A DNA stretch of 64,000 nt. It comes from Nitrospirota bacterium. Its GTDB lineage: Bacteria > Nitrospirota > UBA9217. A program made the position numbers and the translations under genes. Numbering within the stretch: the first letter of the stretch is position 1; every line of letters begins with the position of its first letter. Below are positions 19,858-29,966 of this stretch, in pieces. Location of the stretch: NCBI GenBank assembly GCA_963737155.1, contig CAVTRN010000001.1, forward strand, positions 1,312,001-1,376,000, written 5' to 3'. Under the pieces are notes generated by a model. The model was not told the DNA's origin and did not search any database. It worked only from the letters and a program-made list of their open reading frames with translations.

Positions 19858-20505
19858 ATGGCCAAGAGGGTAGTGTTGCTCGGAGCTCCTGGTGCCGGTA
19901 AAGGTACGCAGGCGAAGATGTTAATTGAGAAGTACAAGATCCCCCAGATTTCTACGGGAGACATTCTACGCAAGGCTGTGGCTGACGGTACGCCGCTCGG
20001 CAAAGAGGCGAAAGTGATTATGGACCAGGGCGGTCTCGTATCTGATAAAATCGTACTCGGTCTCGTTGAAGAACGCATTAAGCAGCCCGACTGCATGGCT
20101 GGTTTCATCCTCGACGGGTTCCCGCGCAATACCGTGCAGGCAGAGACCCTTGACAAGATGCTTGCTGCCATGAACATGCCGCTCACGTTTGCGCTCAACA
20201 TCGATGTGGACATGAACGACCTCCTGAAACGGCTCACCGGCCGCAGGACCTGTAAGAGCTGTCAGCAGATGTACAACATCTATTTTTCTGCTCCGAAAAA
20301 GGAAGGTGTTTGCGATAAGTGCGGCGGTGCTTTATTCCAGCGCGACGACGACAAGGAAGAGACAATCAAGAAGCGGCTCGATGTTTACCAGAAGCAGACC
20401 GCGCCGCTCATCGACTACTACTCCAAGAAGAATATAATGAAGACCATTATGGGCGTGGGCTCTATCGATGAGATTTTCAAGAAAGTAACAGCGGCGCTCG
20501 GCTGA
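19858..20505 (+). CDS. adk: Adenylate kinase (zinc lid)
   Basis: GAPGAGKGTQ, LDGFPR, CxxC...CxxC lid. Confidence 0.95.
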   Translation: MAKRVVLLGAPGAGKGTQAKMLIEKYKIPQISTGDILRKAVADGTPLGKEAKVIMDQGGLVSDKIVLGLVEERIKQPDCMAGFILDGFPRNTVQAETLDKMLAAMNMPLTFALNIDVDMNDLLKRLTGRRTCKSCQQMYNIYFSAPKKEGVCDKCGGALFQRDDDKEETIKKRLDVYQKQTAPLIDYYSKKNIMKTIMGVGSIDEIFKKVTAALG

Positions 20506-20593
20506 TATCCCGTTTCACTCGTGTACTCGGCTGTGGCCCCTGGCTACAGCAGAATATATCTATATATAAAATTCATTTAAGGAGGAACATGTT

Positions 20594-21835
20594 ATGGCAC
20601 TGGTAAAACCGCACGGTAGTAAGAAGAAGCTTATGCCCCTTCTTCTCGCCGGCTCGGCCCTGCAGAAGGAACTGAAAAAGGCCAAGACGCTGAAGCAGCT
20701 CAAGATATCCTCGCGCGAGACCGCCGATCTCGTGATGATGGGCATCGGCGCGTTCACCCCCCTAACCGGCTTCATGACCAAGAAGGACTGGAAGGGAGTC
20801 TGTGATAAGTATAAAATGGCAGACGGTACATTCTGGCCCGTCCCGGTAACGCTCTCGGCCTCGACGGATTTCGTGAATTCCCTCAAGAAGAACGAAGAAA
20901 TCACCCTCGTCGACGATGAGTCTGGCACAATCATGGCAACCATGAAGGTTGCCGAGATGTATGCAATGTCCAAAGCCGACAAGGAACATGAGTGCAAGCA
21001 GATCTTCCGAACCGTTGATGTAGCCGGACATCCAGGTGTGCAGAAGGTCATGAACCAGCCTGACTTCAACCTGGCGGGTTCGGTAAAGGTCCTCTCCGAG
21101 GCCCACTTCCCCGAGACCTTCAAGGGCATCTACATGACCCCTGCACAGACCCGCAAGATGTTCGAGGAAAAAGGCTGGAGCAAGATCGCGGCGTTCCAGA
21201 CCCGCAACCCGATGCATCGCTCCCATGAATACCTTTCCAAAATCGCCATTGAGACCATGGATGGCGTTCTCATCCATCAGATTCTGGGCAAGCTGAAGGA
21301 AGGCGATATTCCAGCCGACGTTCGCGCCAATGCCATCGACACCCTCATGGAGAAGTACTTTGTGAAAGATACTGCGATCCAGTGCGGCTACCCCATGGAG
21401 ATGCGCTATGCCGGACCGCGTGAGGCGCTGCTTCACGCGCTCTTCCGCCAGAATTTCGGATGCAGCCACCTGATCGTCGGCCGCGACCATGCCGGCGTCG
21501 GCGACTACTATGGTCCATTCGATGCCCAGAAGATTTTTGACGAGATCCCTAAGGGCGCGCTTGAAACCCAGCCGCTTAAGATCGACCATACGTTCTACTG
21601 CTTCAAGTGCGACGGCATGGCATCCATGAGGACCTGCCCCCATCAAAAGGAAGACAGGCTCATGCTGTCGGGCACCAAACTCCGGAAGATGCTTTCCGAG
21701 GGAGAGAACGTTCCCGATCACTTCAGCCGCCCCGAAGTGCTAGAGATCCTCAAGAAATACTATGCGGGCCTCACCGAGAAAGTGGAGATCAAGCTGCACA
21801 GCCATGCGGAAGGCACACATACGGAGAAGAGATAA
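20594..21835 (+). CDS. sat: Sulfate adenylyltransferase
   Basis: [31 protein letters not shown]. Confidence 0.97.
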   Translation: MALVKPHGSKKKLMPLLLAGSALQKELKKAKTLKQLKISSRETADLVMMGIGAFTPLTGFMTKKDWKGVCDKYKMADGTFWPVPVTLSASTDFVNSLKKNEEITLVDDESGTIMATMKVAEMYAMSKADKEHECKQIFRTVDVAGHPGVQKVMNQPDFNLAGSVKVLSEAHFPETFKGIYMTPAQTRKMFEEKGWSKIAAFQTRNPMHRSHEYLSKIAIETMDGVLIHQILGKLKEGDIPADVRANAIDTLMEKYFVKDTAIQCGYPMEMRYAGPREALLHALFRQNFGCSHLIVGRDHAGVGDYYGPFDAQKIFDEIPKGALETQPLKIDHTFYCFKCDGMASMRTCPHQKEDRLMLSGTKLRKMLSEGENVPDHFSRPEVLEILKKYYAGLTEKVEIKLHSHAEGTHTEKR

Positions 21836-21895
21836 TAACGGATAAACGACTGCAGACGCAGTTTACTTCATTCCAAGGATAGGAGGTTCAGAAAT

Positions 21896-22327
21896 ATGCC
21901 GAGTTATGTGATTACAGAGAAGTGTGACGGCTGCAAGGCGCAAGATAAGACTGCTTGCCAGTATATCTGCCCGAACGACCTCATGGCCCTGAACAGGGAT
22001 CTCATGAAGGCGTACAATCAGGAACCGGAGCAGTGCTGGGAGTGCTACAACTGCGTAAAGATTTGCCCGCAGCAGGCGATCGAAATCCGGGCGTATCAGG
22101 ACTTCGCACCTTTGGGCGCGAACGTGATCCCCATGAGGGGTACGGACTCCATCATGTGGACCATCAAGTTCCGGAACGGGATACTGAAACGGTTTAAGTT
22201 CCCGATCAGGACCACTGCCGAAGGTTCGGTCGATCCCTACCAGGGAAAGCCTGAGGCGGATATGGCAAAACTCAAACAGCCGGGCTACTTCACAACGTCG
22301 AAGCCTATGCCGGTAATCAAGAAATAA
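21896..22327 (+). CDS. aprB: Adenylylsulfate reductase beta subunit
   Basis: CDGC...CQYICP, CWECYNCVKICP, RFKFPIRTT. Confidence 0.97.
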   Translation: MPSYVITEKCDGCKAQDKTACQYICPNDLMALNRDLMKAYNQEPEQCWECYNCVKICPQQAIEIRAYQDFAPLGANVIPMRGTDSIMWTIKFRNGILKRFKFPIRTTAEGSVDPYQGKPEADMAKLKQPGYFTTSKPMPVIKK

Positions 22328-22340
22328 GGAGGAAAGACTA

Positions 22341-24374
22341 ATGGAAAAAGAGACTTGTACCTTTTCATTTTGCAAGAAGCCGGCGATTGAAGAAATCACT
22401 ACTGATCTCCTCCTCATCGGCGGCGGTATGGCCTGTTGCGGCGCGGCATTCGAAGGCGCACGCTGGGCTAACCCCAAGAAGATAAAAATCACCATGGTGG
22501 ACAAGGCCGCGACCGACCGGTCCGGTGCCGTTGCCATGGGCCTGTCGGCCATCAATACCTATATGGGCGAGAACGATCCGGCAGACTATGTGAAGATGGT
22601 AAGAAATGACCTCATGGGCATTATTCGCGAAGACCTGGTCTATGATCTCGGCCGCCACGTGGATGATTCCGTGAAGCTTTTTGAGGAGTGGGGCCTTCCG
22701 ATCTGGAAAGTAGGCGATGACGGCTTCTCTCTCGACGGTTTCCAGGCAAAGGAAGCCGGAAAAGCCATGCTGAAAGACGGTGGTAAGCCGGTTCGCTCCG
22801 GCAAATGGCAGATCATGATCAATGGCGAATCCTATAAGGTGATCGTCGCGGAAGCCGCTAAAAAGGCCCTCCAGACCAACCGTGAGGCCACCGGTGTCGC
22901 GCAGAACCATTTCGAACGCGTGTTCATCGTGAAACTTTACAACGATGCAAAGGATCCAAACCGCGTTGCAGCAGCAGCCGGTTTCAGTGTCCGTGAGAAT
23001 AAGATCTATGTCTTCAAGGCACAAGCCATGGTGCTTGCCGCCGGCGGAGCGGTGAACGTGTTCCGTCCCCGGTCGACCCAGGAAGGCCAGGGCCGCGCAT
23101 GGTATCCCGTATGGAATTCCGGTTCCGGCTATGCACTTGGTCTCCAGGCTGGCGCAGAACTCACCATGATGGAAAACCGTTTCGTCCCCGCCCGTTTTAA
23201 GGACGGATACGGACCGGTGGGCGCTTGGTTCCTGTTCTTTAAGGCCAAAGCAACCAACAGCCTCGGCGAGGACTATTGCGCCAACCCAGAAGCCCTGGCG
23301 GAAGCGAAGGCCAAGTATGGCAAGTATGTTGATGTTCTCGGCACGGCACTCCGCAATCACCTTATGATGCGCGACATGAAGATGGGCAAAGGCCCGATCC
23401 TCATGAGAACCGATGAAGCAATGGCCGCCATCAACAAGACCTTCAAGGACAAGCTCGGAGACAAAGAGGGCGCCAAGAAGGTGAAACACCTCGAGGCTGA
23501 GGCATGGGAAGACTTCCTCGATATGGCCATCGGCCAGGCCGGACTCTGGGCCGCGAAGAACATCGAGCCGGACAAGACGCCGTCCGAAATTATGCCGACC
23601 GAGCCCTATCTCCTCGGTTCGCATGCGGGATGCGCCGGCTTCTGGTGCTGCGGTCCCGATGACCTCGGCGCTCCGGAAGAATGGAACAAGAAGTGGCCTG
23701 CAGGCAACTATAACCGCATGTCCACAGTGAAGGGCCTCTTCATGTGCGGCGATATCTGCGGCGCTTCCGGTCACAAGTTCTCCTCCGGTTCGCATGCAGA
23801 AGGCCGTATTGCGGTCAAGAGTGCTCTTGCATTCATGCTCGATAACCCGGGCTACACCCCGACCATTAAGGAAACGGCGGACCATCTGGCGGCTGAGCTC
23901 TACTTGCCTTTCGAGGTCTACGAGAAGCACAAGACCTACACCACGGCCCCGGAGATTAACCCGAACTACATCAAGCCGAAAATGCTCCAGACCCGTCTGC
24001 AGAAAATCTCTGACGAGTATTTTGGTGGTATCTCGACCTGGTACATGACCTCCAAGACCATGCTCAACGAAGGTCTGAAGCAGCTCCAGATGCTGAAGGA
24101 AGACACTTCCAAAATGGCGGCAAGCAACCTGCACGAGCTGATGCGCTGCTGGGAAAACTACCACCGCATCCTTTCCGTGGAGGCCCATGCGCGCCACATC
24201 CTGTTCAGGGAAGAGTCGCGGTATCCTGGCTACTACTATCGCGGCGACTTTGATCTCGTGGATGACGTCAACTGGAAGGCTTTCGTGAATTCCAAGTATG
24301 ACATCGAGAAAGACACCTGGGAAGTCAAAAAGGTGCCTTACGTACAGCTGGTTCCAGATGGATCTGGTCATTAA
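22341..24374 (+). CDS. aprA: Adenylylsulfate reductase alpha subunit
   Basis: GGGMACCG, RSGAVAMGLSAINTY, GKWQIMINGESYK, GHKFSSGS. Confidence 0.97.
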   Translation: MEKETCTFSFCKKPAIEEITTDLLLIGGGMACCGAAFEGARWANPKKIKITMVDKAATDRSGAVAMGLSAINTYMGENDPADYVKMVRNDLMGIIREDLVYDLGRHVDDSVKLFEEWGLPIWKVGDDGFSLDGFQAKEAGKAMLKDGGKPVRSGKWQIMINGESYKVIVAEAAKKALQTNREATGVAQNHFERVFIVKLYNDAKDPNRVAAAAGFSVRENKIYVFKAQAMVLAAGGAVNVFRPRSTQEGQGRAWYPVWNSGSGYALGLQAGAELTMMENRFVPARFKDGYGPVGAWFLFFKAKATNSLGEDYCANPEALAEAKAKYGKYVDVLGTALRNHLMMRDMKMGKGPILMRTDEAMAAINKTFKDKLGDKEGAKKVKHLEAEAWEDFLDMAIGQAGLWAAKNIEPDKTPSEIMPTEPYLLGSHAGCAGFWCCGPDDLGAPEEWNKKWPAGNYNRMSTVKGLFMCGDICGASGHKFSSGSHAEGRIAVKSALAFMLDNPGYTPTIKETADHLAAELYLPFEVYEKHKTYTTAPEINPNYIKPKMLQTRLQKISDEYFGGISTWYMTSKTMLNEGLKQLQMLKEDTSKMAASNLHELMRCWENYHRILSVEAHARHILFREESRYPGYYYRGDFDLVDDVNWKAFVNSKYDIEKDTWEVKKVPYVQLVPDGSGH

Positions 24375-24386
24375 GAACATTCACAA

Positions 24387-24419
24387 CTCCGGGGAGGGAC
24401 AACCCTCCCCGGAGATTTT
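24387..24419 (+). terminator. Intrinsic terminator/stabilising hairpin after aprA
   Basis: CTCCGGGGAGGG-ACAA-CCCTCCCCGGAG then ATTTT. Confidence 0.65.
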
Positions 24420-24539
24420 ATTGAAAATTGAAAAGTGAAAATTTTACTATCCGGGCTAAAGACGATCTTAAAATTTCCAGTCTTCAATTTCCCATTCCAT
24501 TTGTTTCGGTTTCACTGCCTTAAGGAGGAATAAGATACC

Positions 24540-25790
24540 ATGGCGGAAAATAAGGTATTGGTTGTCGGCGGAGGCTTCAGCGGCCTTACGGCGGCAGTAG
24601 AGGCCGCAGAGGCGGGTTGCGATGTTGTTTTAGTTGAAAAGAACCCCTATCTCGGCGGCCGGGTGACGCAGCTGAACAAGTATTTCTGGAAGATGTGCCC
24701 CCCAAACTGCGGCCTCGAGATCCAGTACAAGAGGATCAAGAATAACGGGCAGGTGAAGATCTATACCATGACTGAAGTGGAGAAGATTTCTGGCTCGGAA
24801 GGCAACTTCGATGTGACCCTGAAGGTGCAGCCCCGATTTGTGAACGATAAATGCGTGGCCTGCAACAAATGTGCCGAGGCTTGCCCCGTAGATCGGCCAA
24901 ATGACTTCGATTTTGGCATGAGCAAGACGAAAGCGGCCTACCTCCCGCACAACCAGGCATTTCCACTCCAGTATGTCATCGACGGCAAGGTCTGCAAAGG
25001 GTCGGCCTGCAATAAATGCGCGGAAGCATGCGCCTATGATGCGATCAAGCTCGATATGAAAGCCGAGACAGTGAATGTAAAAGTCGGTGCCGTGGTCATG
25101 GCCACGGGCTGGAATCCTTACGATGCCACGAAGATGGACAACCTTTCCTTTGGTAAAGTTCAGAACGTTATCACGAACATGATGATGGAACGGCTGGCTG
25201 CTCCGAATGGCCCGACGGCTGGCAAGATCGTGCGGCCCTCGGACGGCAAGGAAGTTAAGAACATCGCTTTTGTGCAATGCGCTGGTTCGCGCGACGAGAA
25301 TCACCTGCCCTTTTGTTCATATATCTGTTGCTTGGCGTCTATTAAACAGGCGACCTATGTCAGGGAACTCTACCCCGACTCCAAAGTAAAGATTTTTTAT
25401 ATTGATATTAGAACTCCCGGACTCTTCGAGAACCGGTTCTATACTAAAATCAAAGAAGATCAGAACGTTTCCTTCCTCAAGGGCAAGGTCGCCAAGATTG
25501 AGCAGGGCCAGAACGGTGATGTTAAAGTCACGGCCGAAGACATCCACGGTGGCGGCAAGGTCACCGAGACGTTCGAGATGGTTGTGCTCGCTACAGGAAT
25601 GCAGCCTGAAGTAGACTCCCTCAAGAGTGCAGGTGTTGCGGCGACTGATGATGGCTTTGTGGATCAGGCAACGCTCCCGAAAGGCATCTACGCCACCGGG
25701 ACGCTCAAAACCCCCGTTGATGTGGCTCGGTCCGCACAGGATGCCACTGGAGTGGTCATGAAGAGCATCCAGAGCTTGAGGAGGAAATAA
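24540..25790 (+). CDS. qmoA: QmoA (HdrA-like)
   Basis: GGGFSG, KMCPPNCG, FVQCAGSRD..HLPFCSYICC; follows aprA. Confidence 0.9.
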   Translation: MAENKVLVVGGGFSGLTAAVEAAEAGCDVVLVEKNPYLGGRVTQLNKYFWKMCPPNCGLEIQYKRIKNNGQVKIYTMTEVEKISGSEGNFDVTLKVQPRFVNDKCVACNKCAEACPVDRPNDFDFGMSKTKAAYLPHNQAFPLQYVIDGKVCKGSACNKCAEACAYDAIKLDMKAETVNVKVGAVVMATGWNPYDATKMDNLSFGKVQNVITNMMMERLAAPNGPTAGKIVRPSDGKEVKNIAFVQCAGSRDENHLPFCSYICCLASIKQATYVRELYPDSKVKIFYIDIRTPGLFENRFYTKIKEDQNVSFLKGKVAKIEQGQNGDVKVTAEDIHGGGKVTETFEMVVLATGMQPEVDSLKSAGVAATDDGFVDQATLPKGIYATGTLKTPVDVARSAQDATGVVMKSIQSLRRK

Positions 25791-25792
25791 GG

Positions 25793-28027
25793 ATGGAGAA
25801 GAAATACGGCGTATATATCTGTAAGGGATGCGGCATCAAGGAGGCGATCGACATTGCAAAGCTCGAGGGCGCAGCCAAGAAAGTGCCGCTTTGCAAAAAT
25901 CACGATATCCTGTGCAGCCCCGCGGGACTGGAGCTTATAAAAGACGATATAGCGAAGGAAGGCATAAACACGCTGATCATTGCCGCTTGTTCTCCTCGTG
26001 CAAAAACAGAGGAGTTCTCCTTTTCCGGTGCTCTCGTTGAGCGGGTGAACATTCGCGAATTCGTTGCTTGGGTCATGGAGCCGAATACGGATGCGACAAA
26101 TGACGCTGCCTATGATTACCTTAACATGGGCATTGTGAAGGCCCAAAAGGGTAATCTGCCGGAGCCGAGTATCCTGCAGGATCTGAGCAGCACGATTCTA
26201 GTCATTGGCGGTGGTATTGCCGGCATGACGGCAGCCCTCTCCGCAGCAAACGCGGGTCACCAGGTTGTGCTTGTGGAGAAGGATGCGCAACTTGGCGGAT
26301 TCGTAAACAAGCTCTACAAGAAAATCCCAACGGGAACGTATTTCAACAAGCCACTTATCGTGGACACCGATATTGCCAAGACCGTGAATGAAGTCGAAAG
26401 CAACGCGAACATCAAAGTATATAAGTCGACAACAGTTGCCAAAACCGATGGTCAGCCTGGCCTTTACGCTGTGACGCTTTCGAACGGAGAGGCCCTGAAG
26501 ATCGGTGCAATCGTCATGACCACGGGTTGGAAACCCTACGATGCAAATAAACTCGAATACCTCGGCTACGGAAAATTTAAGAACGTAGTCACGAACCTCG
26601 AACTCGAAGAGATCGCGAAGAAGAACAACGGTAAGCTCCTCCGGCCTTCTGATGGAAAGCCAGCTAAGAAGGTTGCTTTTGTCCAGTGTGCAGGCCAGCG
26701 CGACCCGAATCACCTTCCTTATTGCTCTTCCATGTGCTGCGCTACGTCGCTGAAGCAGGCGCAGTATGTACGCCAGAATGAAGACGCCCTTGCAATGATC
26801 TTCTACAAGGATATCAGAACGCCAGGAAGAACCGAGCTCTATTACAAAGAAGCGCAGAACAACCCGGGAGTGATGCTCTCCAAGGCAGATGTGACCGCCG
26901 TATCCGATGCCGGAAATGGCAATATGTTCGTAGAAATGGAAAATACTCTTTTTGGAACCAAGACTGGCGAAAGGGTGAAAGTTGAAGCGGATCTCGTAGT
27001 CCTTGCAACGGGCATGGTCCCGACCACGCGGTGGCCCCAGGATTACGCCGACGGCCTTACTAAGGCTGCCGGAGGCGGCGACGAAGCCAAAAAGAACTAC
27101 CTTGAGCAGACTCCAAAACCCGACTACATCTTAAACCTCGGTTATCGTCAGGGACCGGAAATTCCGACCCTCGAAGGGGCCGTCGGTTTTGCCGACTCCA
27201 ACTTTATCTGCTTTCAGTACGAGACGCGCAGGACCGGCATCTATGCTGCCGGCGGAGTGCATCAGCCCATGAATATGGCCGAGGCGCAGGAAGATGCCGC
27301 TGGAGCCGCTTTCAAAGCCATCCAGGCCATGGACCATGTGGCGCGCGGCGTTGCGGTCCATCCCCGGTCATGGGATGTCACCTTCCCCGACCCGATGCTC
27401 ATCAAATGCACGGCATGCAAACGGTGCACGGAGGAGTGCCCCTTCGGAGCAATCGATGAAGACGAAAAGGGCATTCCCAAGTACAACCTCAACCGCTGCC
27501 GTCGCTGCGGGACCTGCATGGGCGCTTGTCCGGAACGCATCGTTTCATTCAAGGACTACAGCGTGGACATTATCGGCTCCATGCTCAAGGGTATCGATGT
27601 CCCCGACGATGAAGACACGTTCCGGATTGTTTGCCTCGTATGCGAGAACGATGCATATCCCGCGCTTGACACGGCGGCGATTAACCGCAAGAAGATCGAT
27701 CCGTCAGTGCGCTTTGCATCACTGCGATGCCTCGGCGGTATGAACCTCGTCTGGGTCGCGGACGTACTCTCGAAAGGCATAGATGGCATGCTGCTCCTCG
27801 GCTGCAAGTTCGGAGAGAATTACCAGTGTCACTTCGTGAAGGGGAGCGAACTAGCGAATACCCGGTTTAGCAAGGTGAGCGAAACCCTGAACCGGCTGCA
27901 GCTCGAGTCCGACCGCGTCCAGTTGATGCAGATCGCGATTAACGAGTACGACAAGTTGCCTGACTTGATCAATGAATTCGTTGAGAAGGTCAAAGCGATT
28001 GGACCGAACCCGTTCAAGAGCATGTAA
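25793..28027 (+). CDS. qmoB: QmoB (HdrA-like + MvhD domain)
   Basis: QCAGQRD, CTACKRCTEECPF, C-terminal CENDAYPA...GCKFGENYQCHF. Confidence 0.92.
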   Translation: MEKKYGVYICKGCGIKEAIDIAKLEGAAKKVPLCKNHDILCSPAGLELIKDDIAKEGINTLIIAACSPRAKTEEFSFSGALVERVNIREFVAWVMEPNTDATNDAAYDYLNMGIVKAQKGNLPEPSILQDLSSTILVIGGGIAGMTAALSAANAGHQVVLVEKDAQLGGFVNKLYKKIPTGTYFNKPLIVDTDIAKTVNEVESNANIKVYKSTTVAKTDGQPGLYAVTLSNGEALKIGAIVMTTGWKPYDANKLEYLGYGKFKNVVTNLELEEIAKKNNGKLLRPSDGKPAKKVAFVQCAGQRDPNHLPYCSSMCCATSLKQAQYVRQNEDALAMIFYKDIRTPGRTELYYKEAQNNPGVMLSKADVTAVSDAGNGNMFVEMENTLFGTKTGERVKVEADLVVLATGMVPTTRWPQDYADGLTKAAGGGDEAKKNYLEQTPKPDYILNLGYRQGPEIPTLEGAVGFADSNFICFQYETRRTGIYAAGGVHQPMNMAEAQEDAAGAAFKAIQAMDHVARGVAVHPRSWDVTFPDPMLIKCTACKRCTEECPFGAIDEDEKGIPKYNLNRCRRCGTCMGACPERIVSFKDYSVDIIGSMLKGIDVPDDEDTFRIVCLVCENDAYPALDTAAINRKKIDPSVRFASLRCLGGMNLVWVADVLSKGIDGMLLLGCKFGENYQCHFVKGSELANTRFSKVSETLNRLQLESDRVQLMQIAINEYDKLPDLINEFVEKVKAIGPNPFKSM

Positions 28028-28132
28028 TTCACATGCTGAGTTCGGCCCCCTGCTTAAGACTTGCCGGGGCATGTTTCGTAGTACGGAGTTATAAAACAAA
28101 CAACTCCTAACTAGAGTAATGGGAGGAACTAC

Positions 28133-29293
28133 ATGTCTGACGCAACGGTTATCAAACCTGACTTACAATTTGTGAATGAGATCATCAACGGCGGCGGGGA
28201 GTCACTGAAAAAGTGCTATCAGTGCGCCACCTGCTCAGTCGTCTGCAATGTTACTCCCGACGACAATCCTTTTCCCCGGAAAGAGATGGTTCTTGCCCAG
28301 TGGGGCCAGAAGGACAAACTTGTCACAAGCCCCGATGTCTGGCTCTGTCACCAGTGCAGTGACTGTACGGCCTATTGTCCCCGCGGTGCAAAACCGGGTG
28401 AAGTGCTGAATGCCATCAGGAAGCAAAGCATCAAGCACGTTGCCATGGTGCCTCTCTTTGCAAAGATAGCGACGGACCCTTCACTCATCTGGCTTCTATT
28501 TGCGATTCCCATGGCGCTGTTCTACGCCATTCTAGTAGTGCTTGGGAACGGGAGCTTTACTGCGCCGAGAGCCGAGGGGAATATCATGGCCTATCATAAG
28601 TTTGTTCCCGTACCAGTGATCGATACGGTTTTCATTCTCACAGCGCTTTTTGCCGTAGTATCGGCCTTCGTCGGCATCAAGCGTCTTTGGAGCGGGATGA
28701 AAGCGCAAGCCGAAACGATGAAATCGACGGGAAGCCTGGGTGGGGACATCGTTGCATCTATCACCGAGATCCTAACCCACTCCAAATTCGCGGATTGCAC
28801 TGTGAACAAGGGCAGGCAACTTGGCCACATGCTCCTATTTTATGCCTTTGCCGGACTCGCCGTGGTCACCACGTGGGCGATAGTTTACCTCTATGGGTTT
28901 GAACTTCTCGGGATTCAGCCGTTTGGCCCGTTCCACTTCGGTGAATCGCCCTACCCGATAAACGATCCCGTGAAAATACTAGCTCTCGCTTGCTCAATGG
29001 CATTTGCCGTTGGCGTTATCCTTCTCTTGATGAACCGCCTTGCACAGGCCGGGAAGGCCGGGATGGGGTCCTACTTCGACTGGATATTCCTCACGATCGT
29101 GATCGGTGTTGGCGCAACGGGCATGCTGTCCTGGGCGCTCCGCCTTGCGGACATGAATGTGGGATATTTTGTCTATTATCTTCATCTTGTGTTCATATGG
29201 TCGTTGTTCGCCTATGCGCCTTATTCTAAATTCGCTCACTTGTTCTATCGCACGACCGCTATGGTATTTGTGAGACATTCCGGTCGCAAGTAG
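28133..29293 (+). CDS. qmoC: QmoC (HdrC-like FeS + heme b membrane domain)
   Basis: CYQCATCSVVC, WLCHQCSDCTAYCPRG, PYSKFAH. Confidence 0.92.
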   Translation: MSDATVIKPDLQFVNEIINGGGESLKKCYQCATCSVVCNVTPDDNPFPRKEMVLAQWGQKDKLVTSPDVWLCHQCSDCTAYCPRGAKPGEVLNAIRKQSIKHVAMVPLFAKIATDPSLIWLLFAIPMALFYAILVVLGNGSFTAPRAEGNIMAYHKFVPVPVIDTVFILTALFAVVSAFVGIKRLWSGMKAQAETMKSTGSLGGDIVASITEILTHSKFADCTVNKGRQLGHMLLFYAFAGLAVVTTWAIVYLYGFELLGIQPFGPFHFGESPYPINDPVKILALACSMAFAVGVILLLMNRLAQAGKAGMGSYFDWIFLTIVIGVGATGMLSWALRLADMNVGYFVYYLHLVFIWSLFAYAPYSKFAHLFYRTTAMVFVRHSGRK

Positions 29294-29364
29294 GGTCAGG
29301 CTTCGCCTGCCCGGAAATAAAGGCCAACTGCGGAGATTGTCCTTACAGAATATGGGAGTATGCC

Positions 29365-29802
29365 ATGAAAGTTAAAGAACTGCTTAGTATCAAAGGTTTG
29401 GAGTGTTTCAGCATCACCGGCGATCAGTCGCTTCTTGATGGAGCGAAACAAATGGCGGAATGCAATATTGGTGCCCTGCTTGTTATGGATCGGGGCTCGC
29501 TCGTGGGCATCATTACCGAGCGTGACATTGTAAAAAACACGGCTAACGAGAAAGCTCAAAGCAAAGACGTGAAGATCAAAGATGTCATGAGCACCAATCT
29601 GCTTGTCGTTAAGCCTGGCGATGATCTCGATTATGTCATGGCGATCATGATTCAGAACAATATCCGTCATACGCCAGTTGTCGAGGAAAGCGGACTGGTG
29701 GGACTCCTTTCAATGCGCGACGTGGTGCGGGTCCTGGTCAAAAATCTGAAGGCGGAGAACCATTATCTGAAGGATATGATTGGCGGTAAGTTCGAGGTAT
29801 AA
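29365..29802 (+). CDS. Stand-alone CBS domain pair protein
   Basis: IGALLV..GIITERD, IRHTPV..GLLSMRD. Confidence 0.88.
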   Translation: MKVKELLSIKGLECFSITGDQSLLDGAKQMAECNIGALLVMDRGSLVGIITERDIVKNTANEKAQSKDVKIKDVMSTNLLVVKPGDDLDYVMAIMIQNNIRHTPVVEESGLVGLLSMRDVVRVLVKNLKAENHYLKDMIGGKFEV

Positions 29803-29966
29803 CGGATCGCATCAAATAATATCAAAGAGGGAGGGATGCAGGGGAACGTTGTCGACAGATCTTACTGCAACACACTTCATCGCGGATGTGATGAACGGGT
29901 TTCATAACGATGTAATCGGAATTGACATTCCACATAGTAAATTTACGTAAGGGAGGAGATTATACA

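Noticed and set aside
22365-24380. 671-aa antisense ORF over aprA, and similar shadows over sat, hppA, guaA and atp genes
   Set aside because: Expected reverse-frame shadows of codon-biased genes; no recognisable motifs.
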